64,000 nucleotides of DNA, from assembly GCA_965247095.1 (NCBI GenBank), contig OZ251997.1:992001-1056000 (forward strand), written 5' to 3'. Positions 23,290 through 32,271 of this stretch are shown piece by piece. The DNA is from Candidatus Multivorans sp. Lineage in GTDB: Bacteria; Acidobacteriota; Thermoanaerobaculia; Multivoradales; Multivoraceae. The notes under the pieces were generated by a model. The model did not search any database, was not told where the DNA came from, and saw only the letters and a list, made by a program, of their open reading frames with translations. Position 1 is the stretch's first letter. Each line of letters starts with the position of its first letter. A program made the position numbers and the translations under genes.

Positions 23290-23724
23290 TCAGGCAAGAG
23301 GATCCCGGACGTCGAGAAACTCGAATCTCCGGAAGTCTCGGTCACGGGTGTAGAGCTTCCTGACTCCGTGTGAGCGAAGCAGTGCCGCGAGATGTGCGTC
23401 GGGCACCAGATTCCCGCGTACCGGCACCTGGCTTACGGTGGCTCGCCAACTCTCCCAGAATCCCTCTTCCTCTGCGAGGCAGCGGGACTGTGGCAGAGCG
23501 AGGAGCTCTTCCACGTTCGCCATCGCCTCTTCGGGCGTCAGCGGTGCATCGAAGATCGACGGATGGGTGGCGATCCTCAAGTAGCCCATGAGCGTCGGCC
23601 AACTCAGATACATGATGTCGGGTCCAGACATGCACACTTCAAGGAAGCTCTTTGCCTCCGCGTGGACCGGACTGCTCGCATCGGAGGCGTAGAGAAGGAG
23701 ATTGACGTCCAGTGAGTAGCTCAT
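23290..23724 (-). CDS. vapC: VapC/PIN-domain toxin
   Basis: LDVNLLLYA, GNLVPDAHLAAL, YTRDRDFRRF. Confidence 0.92.
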   Translation of the reverse strand: MSYSLDVNLLLYASDASSPVHAEAKSFLEVCMSGPDIMYLSWPTLMGYLRIATHPSIFDAPLTPEEAMANVEELLALPQSRCLAEEEGFWESWRATVSQVPVRGNLVPDAHLAALLRSHGVRKLYTRDRDFRRFEFLDVRDPLA

Positions 23725-23743
23725 GATGGTCGCCGACTGGGTT

Positions 23744-23977
23744 CTACGTGTCGCGTTCCAAGGCCCGGTAGACCGCCTCCTTGTCGGAGAGATTGACCCG
23801 AGCCCCCATCGGTCTAGCGATCCACGAGGCAGGACGGGCGGTGGCTGGCCGCGCGTGGTCCTTCAGAGCCGGGGCCAGAAGATCGGATACCAGGCGACCG
23901 AGCGACTTGTTCTCGCTGGCCTGCAGCTTCTTCAGCTCCTGGAGCACTGGATCGTCGATATCGAGCGTAGTTCTCAT
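23744..23977 (-). CDS. VapB-type antitoxin
   Basis: MRTTLDIDD...SLGRLVSDL; GGAGG RBS. Confidence 0.88.
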   Translation of the reverse strand: MRTTLDIDDPVLQELKKLQASENKSLGRLVSDLLAPALKDHARPATARPASWIARPMGARVNLSDKEAVYRALERDT

Positions 23978-23994
23978 GGCAACCCTCCTATGCC

Positions 23995-24030
23995 GCATCA
24001 GATGCTAAGCGACCTGATGCGCTGATGCAA
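23995..24030 (-). promoter_or_regulatory. Promoter/operator of second vapBC locus
   Basis: Minus strand TTGCAT-N17-TAGCAT with three GCATCAG/CTGATGC half-sites. Confidence 0.65.
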
Positions 24031-24100
24031 CAAGGGCGTGCCGACCCGCTCACGAGAGCCAATCACGCAGCTACGTCCTTCGAGCGCCGGCCCAATCGCC

Positions 24101-25543
24101 CTACTCACCCCCAGCCGCCTCTGGCGGCCAGCCGAAGGGCAGGTCCTCCGGCACCACCTCGATCTCGGTCGAGAACTTGAACGGCGCTTCCCCCGGACCC
24201 GGGAAGGTGAACTCGAGGAAGAAGGCGCTCCAGCCGGCTTCGGGGGCGGCGACGGCGACGACCCACTGGCCGTCGTCCGAGACCTCGACCGCGGTGCTGG
24301 TCCACGCCCTGCCGATCGTGTCGACCCGGAAGTCACGTGCTTCCGGGTTCGTTGCCTGCCACAGGAGCACCTCGCTCGGCTCCATGCCGTTCGCGACGTG
24401 GGCCGTGATCGCGGCGCCGCCGTCGGTGGAGGAGAGCGTCCAGTCGACATCCGGGCGTTCGACGCCCTCGAGCACCGCCTGGTAGAAGGCGAGCAAGCCG
24501 ACCGCCGCGTCGCTGCCGCCGAGCGAATGCTCGGTGTTCGGCACGTAGCGCAGGTGCTTCTCACCGATCAGGTCGTCGAAGTAGAACTGGGAACTGTCGG
24601 GGAGGAAGAACTGGTCGCCGGTGGCGTTGATCAGGTACTTCGGCAGTTCCAGCTTCTCCCGGTGCTGGTACGGCTCGGTGATCTGCTGGAGTTCGAGGTA
24701 CCTGGGATCGCCGAACCAGTCCATGATCCCCTCGCGCACGTAGTCGCCGACGGCGGGCGCCCAGAAGCCGTAGGCCTGCCAGTGGTGGACGAACGAGGGT
24801 TCCAGGTTCAGCATGTCGATGACGATCGGCGCGATCGCGACCACCCGCTTGTCGACGATCGCCGTGGTCCAGGTGGTCCAGCCTCGCTTCGAGCCGCCGG
24901 CGACGACGAACCGATTCACTTCGGCCTGCGCGCCGTCCTCGGACGCCGCGAACGCCGTCATCGTGTCCATCGCCCGCACCGCGGCCTTGGTCATCGGCAG
25001 CCGCGCCAGCCAGATCGCGTCCTCGCCCCGCAGGAACTTGTCCCAGCCGTAGGCGATCAACTGGTCCTCGCGGCGCTCCCCGAAGTCATCGTCGACGAAG
25101 GTCAGAGTCTGGTTCGGCACCATTCGCAGTTCGGCCGTGAACGAGCCGGTGGCGAGAGCCGGCTGGAGCATCAGCGGATTCGCCTGCTCCGGCGGGTCGT
25201 CGCCGTTCCGGCCACCCGAGATGTAGAGGAAGGCCGCGTCGCTCTTGATTTCATCCGGTTCCACCACCATCAGCCAGTGGGTCCACAGCGGCCGGTCGAC
25301 CTCGGCCTCGGTGAGCCAGGTCTGGCTCGTCATCTCGATCGTGTGGAGGGTGTAGCCGTCGCCGGGCCGGCTGTTCACGAGGGTCCAGTCGTAGGCCGGG
25401 TCGGGGGTGTCGACGTACTGCTTCAGGATGTCGCCTGGGGCGGGGCCGGCGTCGGTGACCGCCTCGGCGCCGCCGCAACTGGAGAGCAGCAGTGCAGCCG
25501 CGAGGAGGGCGAGAACGAATTGAGCGTTGCGTGTCATGGTCAT
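24101..25543 (-). CDS. PqaA-type (PhoPQ-activated) alpha/beta-hydrolase lipoprotein
   Basis: Lipobox LSSC; MTSQTW, VPNQ, REDQLIAYGW, LPMTKAAVRAMD, GGSKRGW, DQFFLPD. Confidence 0.85.
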   Translation of the reverse strand: MTMTRNAQFVLALLAAALLLSSCGGAEAVTDAGPAPGDILKQYVDTPDPAYDWTLVNSRPGDGYTLHTIEMTSQTWLTEAEVDRPLWTHWLMVVEPDEIKSDAAFLYISGGRNGDDPPEQANPLMLQPALATGSFTAELRMVPNQTLTFVDDDFGERREDQLIAYGWDKFLRGEDAIWLARLPMTKAAVRAMDTMTAFAASEDGAQAEVNRFVVAGGSKRGWTTWTTAIVDKRVVAIAPIVIDMLNLEPSFVHHWQAYGFWAPAVGDYVREGIMDWFGDPRYLELQQITEPYQHREKLELPKYLINATGDQFFLPDSSQFYFDDLIGEKHLRYVPNTEHSLGGSDAAVGLLAFYQAVLEGVERPDVDWTLSSTDGGAAITAHVANGMEPSEVLLWQATNPEARDFRVDTIGRAWTSTAVEVSDDGQWVVAVAAPEAGWSAFFLEFTFPGPGEAPFKFSTEIEVVPEDLPFGWPPEAAGGE

Positions 25544-25547
25544 CTCC

Positions 25548-26678
25548 TCAAATCGCCCCGGCGGAGCGCATCGCGTTGATCTGCTGGTCGCTGAAGCCCC
25601 AGTCGGCCAGCACCGCGTCGGTGTGTTCGCCGGCCTTGGGCGGCGGCCCCTGGACCGCGACCGTGGTACGGCTGAAGCGCGGCGCCGGCGCCGGCTGCGG
25701 CACGCCTTCGACGTCGACGAAGGTCCGGCGCGCCCGGTTGTGCGGGTGAGCGACCGCCTCGTCGATGCTGAGAACGGGAGCGAAACAGACATCGCTGCCC
25801 TCCATGATCTCGCACCACTCCTCGCGCGTCTTGGTGCGGAACACCTCGGCGAGCCTGGCGGAGAGTTCGGGCCAGCGGTCGCGGTTCACAATGTGGTCGT
25901 CCCACTCGCTGCCGATAAGCTCCGCCTTCTCGCGCAGCAGGGCGTAGAACTGCGGCTCGAGCGATCCGACCGAGACGTACTTGCCGTCAGAGCACTCGTA
26001 CGTGTCGTAGAAGTGGGCGCCGCTATCGAGCATGTTCGAGCCGCGCTCGTCGTTCCATACGCCGGAACCGTGCATGCCGACAACTGCGGCCAGTAGCAAC
26101 GCCGAACCGTCGGTCATCGCGGCGTCCACGACCTGCCCCTTGCCCGACTTCTGGACCTCCAGCAGACCGGCGACGACGCCCAGGGCGAGGAGCATGCCGC
26201 CGCCGCCGAAGTCGCCGACCAGGTTGAGCGGCGGCACCGGCTTGCAGCCGGCGTTGCCGATCGAGTGCAACACGCCCGAGAGCGCGATGTAGTTGATGTC
26301 GTGGCCGGCGGCGTGGGCGATCGTGCCGTTCTGCCCCCAGCCGGTCATGCGCCCAAAGACGAGCTTCGGGTTCCGCTCCAGGCAGACGTCCGGTCCGAGA
26401 CCGAGCCGCTCCATGACCCCGGGGCGGAAGCCCTCGATCAGCCCGTCGGCGTGTTCGACCATGTCGAGCACTGCTTCAACGGCTTCGGGACGCTTCAGGT
26501 CCATCGCCAGCGAACGCCGGCCCCGGTTCAGAACGTCGAACTTCGAGCCCCGGCCGGCGTAGGCCCGCCGGTCGATGCGCACCACTTCGGCGCCCAGATC
26601 CGAGAGCACCATGGCGCAGAAGGGCCCCGGTCCGATACCGGCTATCTCCAGAATGCGGTAGCCGTCGAGTGGTCCCAT
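25548..26678 (-). CDS. Alpha-methylacyl-CoA racemase-like CaiB/BaiF protein
   Basis: [55 protein letters not shown]. Confidence 0.92.
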   Translation of the reverse strand: MGPLDGYRILEIAGIGPGPFCAMVLSDLGAEVVRIDRRAYAGRGSKFDVLNRGRRSLAMDLKRPEAVEAVLDMVEHADGLIEGFRPGVMERLGLGPDVCLERNPKLVFGRMTGWGQNGTIAHAAGHDINYIALSGVLHSIGNAGCKPVPPLNLVGDFGGGGMLLALGVVAGLLEVQKSGKGQVVDAAMTDGSALLLAAVVGMHGSGVWNDERGSNMLDSGAHFYDTYECSDGKYVSVGSLEPQFYALLREKAELIGSEWDDHIVNRDRWPELSARLAEVFRTKTREEWCEIMEGSDVCFAPVLSIDEAVAHPHNRARRTFVDVEGVPQPAPAPRFSRTTVAVQGPPPKAGEHTDAVLADWGFSDQQINAMRSAGAI

Positions 26679-26858
26679 GATCCGTGTCTCCAGGTGAACC
26701 GTTGGTGGGGAGTCGAGGCGCGTCAGTATAGGAGACGGCTTTGGCCACGGACCGCCGCCAGGTCTGCCGTACAATCCCGTCGCCGACAACCACCCGATAC
26801 GCCAGTTCACTTCAGTCGACCGCGGCCTCCGCGCCGCGGCCGGGGAGAGCCTCAGACC

Positions 26859-27815
26859 ATGCAGCGATACGGAATGACGATCCCATTCAGCCTGCCCCTG
26901 GCGGAGCAGGAAGACCTGATCAAGGAGATGGTGGATCTCGGCTACACGGACTTCTGGTCCTCCGAGTCGAATGGCGCCGACGGCTTCACGCCGCTCGTTC
27001 AGGCGTCGATCTGGGCGCCGACGGCACGGTTGGGCATCGCGATCATCCCCGCCTACACGCGCGGACCGGCGCTGATGGCGATGACCGTCGGCGCGATGGC
27101 CGAGGCGGCGCCGGGGCGTTTCGTCATGGGGATCGGGACCTCGTCCAACGTGATCGTCGAGCAGTGGAACGACATCCCCTTCGAGCGGCCGTACTACAAG
27201 ACCCGCGACATGGTGCGGTTTCTCAAGAAGGCACTCACGGGAGACCGGATCGACGAGGAGTTCGACACCTTCAACGTGCGCGGCTTCCGCATGGGCCGAC
27301 CCCTCGAGGAATGCCCGCCGATCCTGGTCGCTGCCCTGCGCAAGGGGATGCTGCGCATGGCCGGCCGCGAGGGCGACGGCGCGATCCTGAACTGGCTGTC
27401 GCCCGGCGACGTGAAGACCGTCGTTCCCTACGTCCACGAGGGCGGGCCCGGCAAGGAGATCGCGGCGCGGGTTTTCGTCCTGCCAACCGAGGACAAGGCG
27501 ATCATCGACTACGTTGGCCGCCGCGGCATGGCCGCCTACCTGAACGTCCCCGTGTACGCCGCCTTCCACGACTGGCTCGGCCGCCGCGAGCTGCTCGGCC
27601 CGATGTGGGACGCCTGGGCCGCCGGGGACCGCAAGAAGGCGGTCGAGGTAATCCCCGAGGAGGCGCTCCACGACATCCTGATCATCGGCGCGCCCGGAAG
27701 GTGCCGCGAGCGTATCCAGGAGTACATCGAGGCGGGGGTTCATACCCCGGCCCTGTCGATTCTGCACCCGGGCGAGGACCTGCGGACCACGATCCGGGAA
27801 CTGGCGCCGCGGTAG
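26859..27815 (+). CDS. LLM-class probable F420-dependent oxidoreductase
   Basis: [47 protein letters not shown]. Confidence 0.87.
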   Translation: MQRYGMTIPFSLPLAEQEDLIKEMVDLGYTDFWSSESNGADGFTPLVQASIWAPTARLGIAIIPAYTRGPALMAMTVGAMAEAAPGRFVMGIGTSSNVIVEQWNDIPFERPYYKTRDMVRFLKKALTGDRIDEEFDTFNVRGFRMGRPLEECPPILVAALRKGMLRMAGREGDGAILNWLSPGDVKTVVPYVHEGGPGKEIAARVFVLPTEDKAIIDYVGRRGMAAYLNVPVYAAFHDWLGRRELLGPMWDAWAAGDRKKAVEVIPEEALHDILIIGAPGRCRERIQEYIEAGVHTPALSILHPGEDLRTTIRELAPR

Positions 27816-27844
27816 CGGGTGAGGTTGACGTGGCTGTTCTGGTA

Positions 27845-27876
27845 CCTGGGAACGCGGGCGTCTCGCCCGCATCCGG
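27845..27876 (+). repeat. 32-bp REP-like repeat (left flank of defence island)
   Basis: CCTGGGAACGCGGGCGTCTCGCCCGCATCCGG with internal hairpin GCGGGCG/CGCCCGC. Confidence 0.8.
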
Positions 27877-27948
27877 CGAGCCGCGGAGCGGCGAGGATAG
27901 GTGGCTTCGGAGAGTCGGTTGCCAGGCTCCAACGCGGGGCCCGAACGG

Positions 27949-30900
27949 ATGAACCCGAAGTTCTTCGAACAGCCGATCCTGAACCCGCCCTACGAGGCCC
28001 CGTCGCGCCACTGGGAGCTCGACACGAACGGGCAGCCGACCCATCGGCTGATCGAGACCCGCCGACAGGTCCGGTTCGAGTCACCGATTCCGGCGCCAAA
28101 GAAGCGCGGCGGCGGCACCCAGTTGGAACTGGCCGCTGACCCGGACGAAGCCGACGAAGCCAGGTTCGACCTGGCGCGGGTGATCCAGGACCTGCGCGGG
28201 GAAGTCACACGCTGGCGCCAGCTCCCCAACCCGCAACAATGGCAGGTGACACCGGAGACTGCTCGGCTGCTGGCCCACTGGCGCCGGCCGGACGGGTGGA
28301 AGGACATTCGACCCTTCTTCTGTCAGGTGGAGGCCGTGGAGACGGCGATCTGGTTGACCGAAGTGGCTTCCAAGCGACGAGATCTCAGGACTCGCCGTTT
28401 CCTGAGACGCCTGGAGGAGGTCAACGCTCAGCATGGCGAGTTGCCGCGCCTGGCCCTCAAGCTCGCCACGGGCGCCGGCAAGACGATGGTCATGGCGATG
28501 TTGATTGCGTGGCAGACGATCAACGCGGTTCGACGGCCGAACAGCCCGTACTTCTCGCGCGGCTTCCTCGTCATGGCCCCTGGTCTGACAATCCGCGACC
28601 GCCTGCGGGTCCTGCAGCCCAACGACCCGGACAACTACTACCGGAGACGTGGGTTGGTTCCCCCGGAAATGGTCGCGGATGTCGATAGGGCAAGAATCGT
28701 CATCACGAACTTCCATGCGTTCCAGCGCCGCGAGCGGATGGCCCTGTCCAAGGGCGCCCGATCCCTGCTTCGCGGCCGCGGCGGAGAAGATCCGGAGACG
28801 CTGGAGACAGAGGGGCAGATGCTCCAGCGGGTCCTGCCCGGGTTGATGGGGATGAAGAACATCGTCGTCTTCAACGATGAGGCGCACCACTGCTACCGGG
28901 AGAAGCCCGGCGATCCCGACGAGGTGAAGCCCAAGGGCGACGACCTGGGTGAAGCGAAGGCAAACAGGGAAGCGGCTCGAGTGTGGATCTCCGGCCTGGA
29001 GAGCGTCCACCGGCGCTTGGGCCTCAGCCGCGTGTTCGACCTGTCGGCCACGCCCTTCTTCCTGCGCGGCTCGGGTTACCCCGAGGGCACGCTGTTCCCG
29101 TGGACGATGAGCGACTTCTCGCTGATGGACGCGATCGAGAGCGGCATCGTCAAGCTGCCCCGGGTGCCGGTGGCGGACGATTTGCCCAGCGCCGACGTAC
29201 CGATGTACCGGAAACTGTGGGAACACATCGGCAAAAAGATGCCCAAGGGCAGACGCACGGCCCGTGCGGCAGGCCTCGACCCCCAGAACCTGCCGCTGCC
29301 GCTTCAGAACGCCCTGGACGCGCTCTACGGTCACTACGAGAAGGTGTCCAAGGCCTGGGGCGAGGCGGACATCGAGAGTCCCCCGTGCTTCATCGTGGTC
29401 TGCAACAACACGTCGACCTCGAAGCTGCTCTACGACTACATCTCCGGCTACGAACGCAAGCATGACGACGGGTCCAGCGACATCGTGCCGGGGCGGCTCG
29501 AGCTGTTCCGCAACTTCGATGACTACGGCAATCCGCTGCCCCGGCCGCGCACGCTCTTGATCGACAGCGTCCAACTCGAGTCGGGAGAAGGGCTGGACAA
29601 GGCCTTCCGTACTGCTGCCGCGGACGAGATCGAGCGCTTCCGCCGGGAAGAGATGGACCGCACCGGGGACCGGGTTGGGGCCGACAGCCTGACCGACGAG
29701 GACCTCCTCCGGGAAGTGATGAACACGGTGGGCAAGCAGGGCCGTCTCGGCGGTTCGATCCGCTGCGTCGTCTCCGTCTCCATGCTGACCGAAGGCTGGG
29801 ATGCGAACACCGTCACCCACATCCTCGGTGTCCGCGCCTTCGGCACCCAGCTTCTCTGTGAACAGGTGATCGGCCGCGCACTGCGGCGGCAGTCCTACGA
29901 ACTGAACGACGAGGGCCTCTTCGATGTCGAGTACGCCGACGTTTTCGGCGTGCCCTTCGACTTCACTGCCGAGCCTGTTCCTGCGCCGCCCCCGGTAGTG
30001 AAGCCGACGATCGCCGTGCGGGCCATCAGCCCGGACCGCGATCATGCGGAGATCCGCTTTCCCCGGGTCGAGGGCTACCGCGTGGAACTGCCGGAAGATC
30101 GCATCGAGGCCGATTTCACGAAGGACTCAACGTTGACGCTCACGCCGGACACCATCGGCGCAACGGATACCCGCAACGAGGCGATCATCGGCGAAGGTGC
30201 GGACATCGATGTTGGGCACCTCGAGGACTACCGGCGGTCGTCGCTGATCTTCAACCTGACCGTCAGGCTTCTGGAGACGAGGAAGTACCGGGACCCCGAC
30301 GGAGAGTTCAACTACGGGCTGTTCGGCAAACTGAAGGGTGTTACCCGCCGTTGGCTCGATTCCCACCTGGAGTGCAAGGGCGGGACGGTACCGGCGCAGC
30401 TCATGTACCGGCAGCTAGCCGACATGGCCTGCGAGAAGATCCATGCCGCGATCGTTCGCAGCCAGAAGGAGGATCGCCCGGTGCTTGCCGTGCTCGACCC
30501 GTTCCGGCCCACCGGAACCACGGCCGACGTGCATTTCCTCACCTCCAAGACCTGTTACCGCACCGATCCCCGGCGCTGCCACGTCGATCACGCCGTACTC
30601 GACAGTCAGTGGGAAGCGGAGTTCTGCCGGGTCGCTGAAGCGCACGACCAGGTCGTCGCCTACGTCAAGAACGACCGTCTGGGTCTGGAGATCCCATACC
30701 TCTTCGGCTCGACGCCGCGCCGCTATCTGCCGGATTTCATCGTCCTGGTGGACGATGGCCAGGGTCGCGAGGATCCCTTGCGGCTCCTGGTCGAGATCAA
30801 GGGGCTTCGCGGCGAAGACGCGAAGGCCAAGAGAGAAGCCACAGAGACCTACTGGGTTCCAGGCGTGAACAACCTGCGCTCCCACGGCCGCTGGGCCTTC

Positions 30901-30984
30901 GAGGAGTTCACGGACCTCTTCAAGATAGCGTCGGAGTTTGAGGAGCTTGTCCGCCGGCTCGCCGGCGTCGAGCCGGCCGCATGA
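27949..30984 (+). CDS. res: Type III restriction endonuclease Res subunit (BPTD_3080-like)
   Basis: [34 protein letters not shown]-terminal [14 protein letters not shown] nuclease motif. Confidence 0.92.
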   Translation: MNPKFFEQPILNPPYEAPSRHWELDTNGQPTHRLIETRRQVRFESPIPAPKKRGGGTQLELAADPDEADEARFDLARVIQDLRGEVTRWRQLPNPQQWQVTPETARLLAHWRRPDGWKDIRPFFCQVEAVETAIWLTEVASKRRDLRTRRFLRRLEEVNAQHGELPRLALKLATGAGKTMVMAMLIAWQTINAVRRPNSPYFSRGFLVMAPGLTIRDRLRVLQPNDPDNYYRRRGLVPPEMVADVDRARIVITNFHAFQRRERMALSKGARSLLRGRGGEDPETLETEGQMLQRVLPGLMGMKNIVVFNDEAHHCYREKPGDPDEVKPKGDDLGEAKANREAARVWISGLESVHRRLGLSRVFDLSATPFFLRGSGYPEGTLFPWTMSDFSLMDAIESGIVKLPRVPVADDLPSADVPMYRKLWEHIGKKMPKGRRTARAAGLDPQNLPLPLQNALDALYGHYEKVSKAWGEADIESPPCFIVVCNNTSTSKLLYDYISGYERKHDDGSSDIVPGRLELFRNFDDYGNPLPRPRTLLIDSVQLESGEGLDKAFRTAAADEIERFRREEMDRTGDRVGADSLTDEDLLREVMNTVGKQGRLGGSIRCVVSVSMLTEGWDANTVTHILGVRAFGTQLLCEQVIGRALRRQSYELNDEGLFDVEYADVFGVPFDFTAEPVPAPPPVVKPTIAVRAISPDRDHAEIRFPRVEGYRVELPEDRIEADFTKDSTLTLTPDTIGATDTRNEAIIGEGADIDVGHLEDYRRSSLIFNLTVRLLETRKYRDPDGEFNYGLFGKLKGVTRRWLDSHLECKGGTVPAQLMYRQLADMACEKIHAAIVRSQKEDRPVLAVLDPFRPTGTTADVHFLTSKTCYRTDPRRCHVDHAVLDSQWEAEFCRVAEAHDQVVAYVKNDRLGLEIPYLFGSTPRRYLPDFIVLVDDGQGREDPLRLLVEIKGLRGEDAKAKREATETYWVPGVNNLRSHGRWAFEEFTDLFKIASEFEELVRRLAGVEPAA

Positions 30985-31138
30985 CAGGCGCGGCTTCAGG
31001 ACCGGCGAGTTTGGCAGACTACGGGCGATGACCGTGGACACCAAGGCCGTGGCGGGAACAACGGCGGAGACCGGGACGTCGAAAGTCAGCGCCGAGATAC
31101 TGGATGTAACAGCGCGCATTCGCGCCGGAGATTTGCCG

Positions 31139-31432
31139 ATGAGACGCGATGACGTGCTCGCGATTCTCCAGGCCCACCGGCCGATGTTCGTCGAACGGTT
31201 CGACGTTGAGCGTCTCACCCTGTTCGGCTCGGTCGCCCGCGACCAGGCGGAGGAGGGCAGCGACCTGGACCTGCTGGTCGAGTTCACGGGAGCGAAGTCG
31301 CGCTCGAAGGCCTACTTCGGCCTCATGTTCTACCTGGAAGATCTGCTGGAGCGGGAGATCGACCTGGTCACGGAGCCGGCGCTCCGGCGCGAGTTCCGCC
31401 CGTACGTCGAGAGCGAGGCGATCCGTGTCTGA
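31139..31432 (+). CDS. Minimal nucleotidyltransferase (MNT) antitoxin
   Basis: LFGSVARD....SDLDLLVEF. Confidence 0.9.
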   Translation: MRRDDVLAILQAHRPMFVERFDVERLTLFGSVARDQAEEGSDLDLLVEFTGAKSRSKAYFGLMFYLEDLLEREIDLVTEPALRREFRPYVESEAIRV

Positions 31433-31784
31433 GCCCAAGCCGAAGCGGCTGTGGCGCTGCTTCGTTCACGACATGATCGGGTGTTGCGACCGGATCCTCG
31501 AGGATTCGTCCGGCCTCGACCGCGAATCTCTCGTTGCGGAACGGAGCAGCTACGACGCCGTTCGGTACAACCTGATCGTGTTGGGGGAGGCGGTGACCAA
31601 CGTCCCCGAAGAGGTTCGGGCCCGCCACCCCGAGGTGCCGTGGCGGGACATCGTGGCAACGAGGAATCGCTTGATTCACGGCTATCCAGGGGTCGACTCC
31701 GGGATTGTCTGGCAGACCGTCGCGAAGGACATACGGCCTCTTCGGACAGCGCTGCGGGATCTGCTCAAAGCAGAGGTCGAATGA
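31425..31784 (+). CDS. HEPN (DUF86/HepT-like) toxin
   Basis: LGEAV, VPWRDIVATRNRLIHGY (R-x4-H-x-Y); overlaps MNT gene. Confidence 0.9.
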   Translation: MSEPKPKRLWRCFVHDMIGCCDRILEDSSGLDRESLVAERSSYDAVRYNLIVLGEAVTNVPEEVRARHPEVPWRDIVATRNRLIHGYPGVDSGIVWQTVAKDIRPLRTALRDLLKAEVE

Positions 31785-31788
31785 CGTC

Positions 31789-31899
31789 ATGCACGAGACA
31801 GGCAGGGTCTTCGGTATCGTGATCACGATGACCTGCGACAATCACTGGAGACGGGCCCGACCGGAGGAGGCGTTGGAGCGGATCGATGGCTTGGGGTGA
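31789..31899 (+). pseudogene. Internally deleted DUF4160-like toxin remnant
   Basis: 36 aa MHETGRVFGIVITM + WRRARPEEALERIDGL match both ends of DUF4160 proteins; central H..PHFH region missing; DUF2442 follows. Confidence 0.6.
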
Positions 31900-32269
31900 T
31901 CCAGTAACGCCGGATCTCATGCGGGCGACCTGGCTGGGCGATCATCGCATTCGCCTGGAGTTCGAGGACGGATGCGCGGGGGTGCTGGACATGGGGAACC
32001 GGCGATGGCGCGGCGTGTTCGAGCCTCTGCAGGACGTATCCATTTTCAGGCAGTTCCGGCTTGAGCGTGAGTGGAACACCATCGTGTGGCCGACCGGTGC
32101 CGATCTCGCCCCGGAGTACCTCTACGAGCAGGCGTCGAACAACCCGGTGGCCGGGGTGGAGCGGCAGCCCAAACAGGGGTCAGCGCAGGAACTTCCCGAG
32201 CGTGCAGACGACACCAGTCTGGCTGCCGCGGTGGGAGGTTCGCGTGCGGCATCGGACGCCGAGCGCTGA
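31886..32269 (+). CDS. DUF2442 domain protein (putative antitoxin)
   Basis: IRLEFEDG..G, GVFEPL, TIVWPTGADLAPEYLY. Confidence 0.85.
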   Translation: MAWGDPVTPDLMRATWLGDHRIRLEFEDGCAGVLDMGNRRWRGVFEPLQDVSIFRQFRLEREWNTIVWPTGADLAPEYLYEQASNNPVAGVERQPKQGSAQELPERADDTSLAAAVGGSRAASDAER

Positions 32270-32271
32270 CG

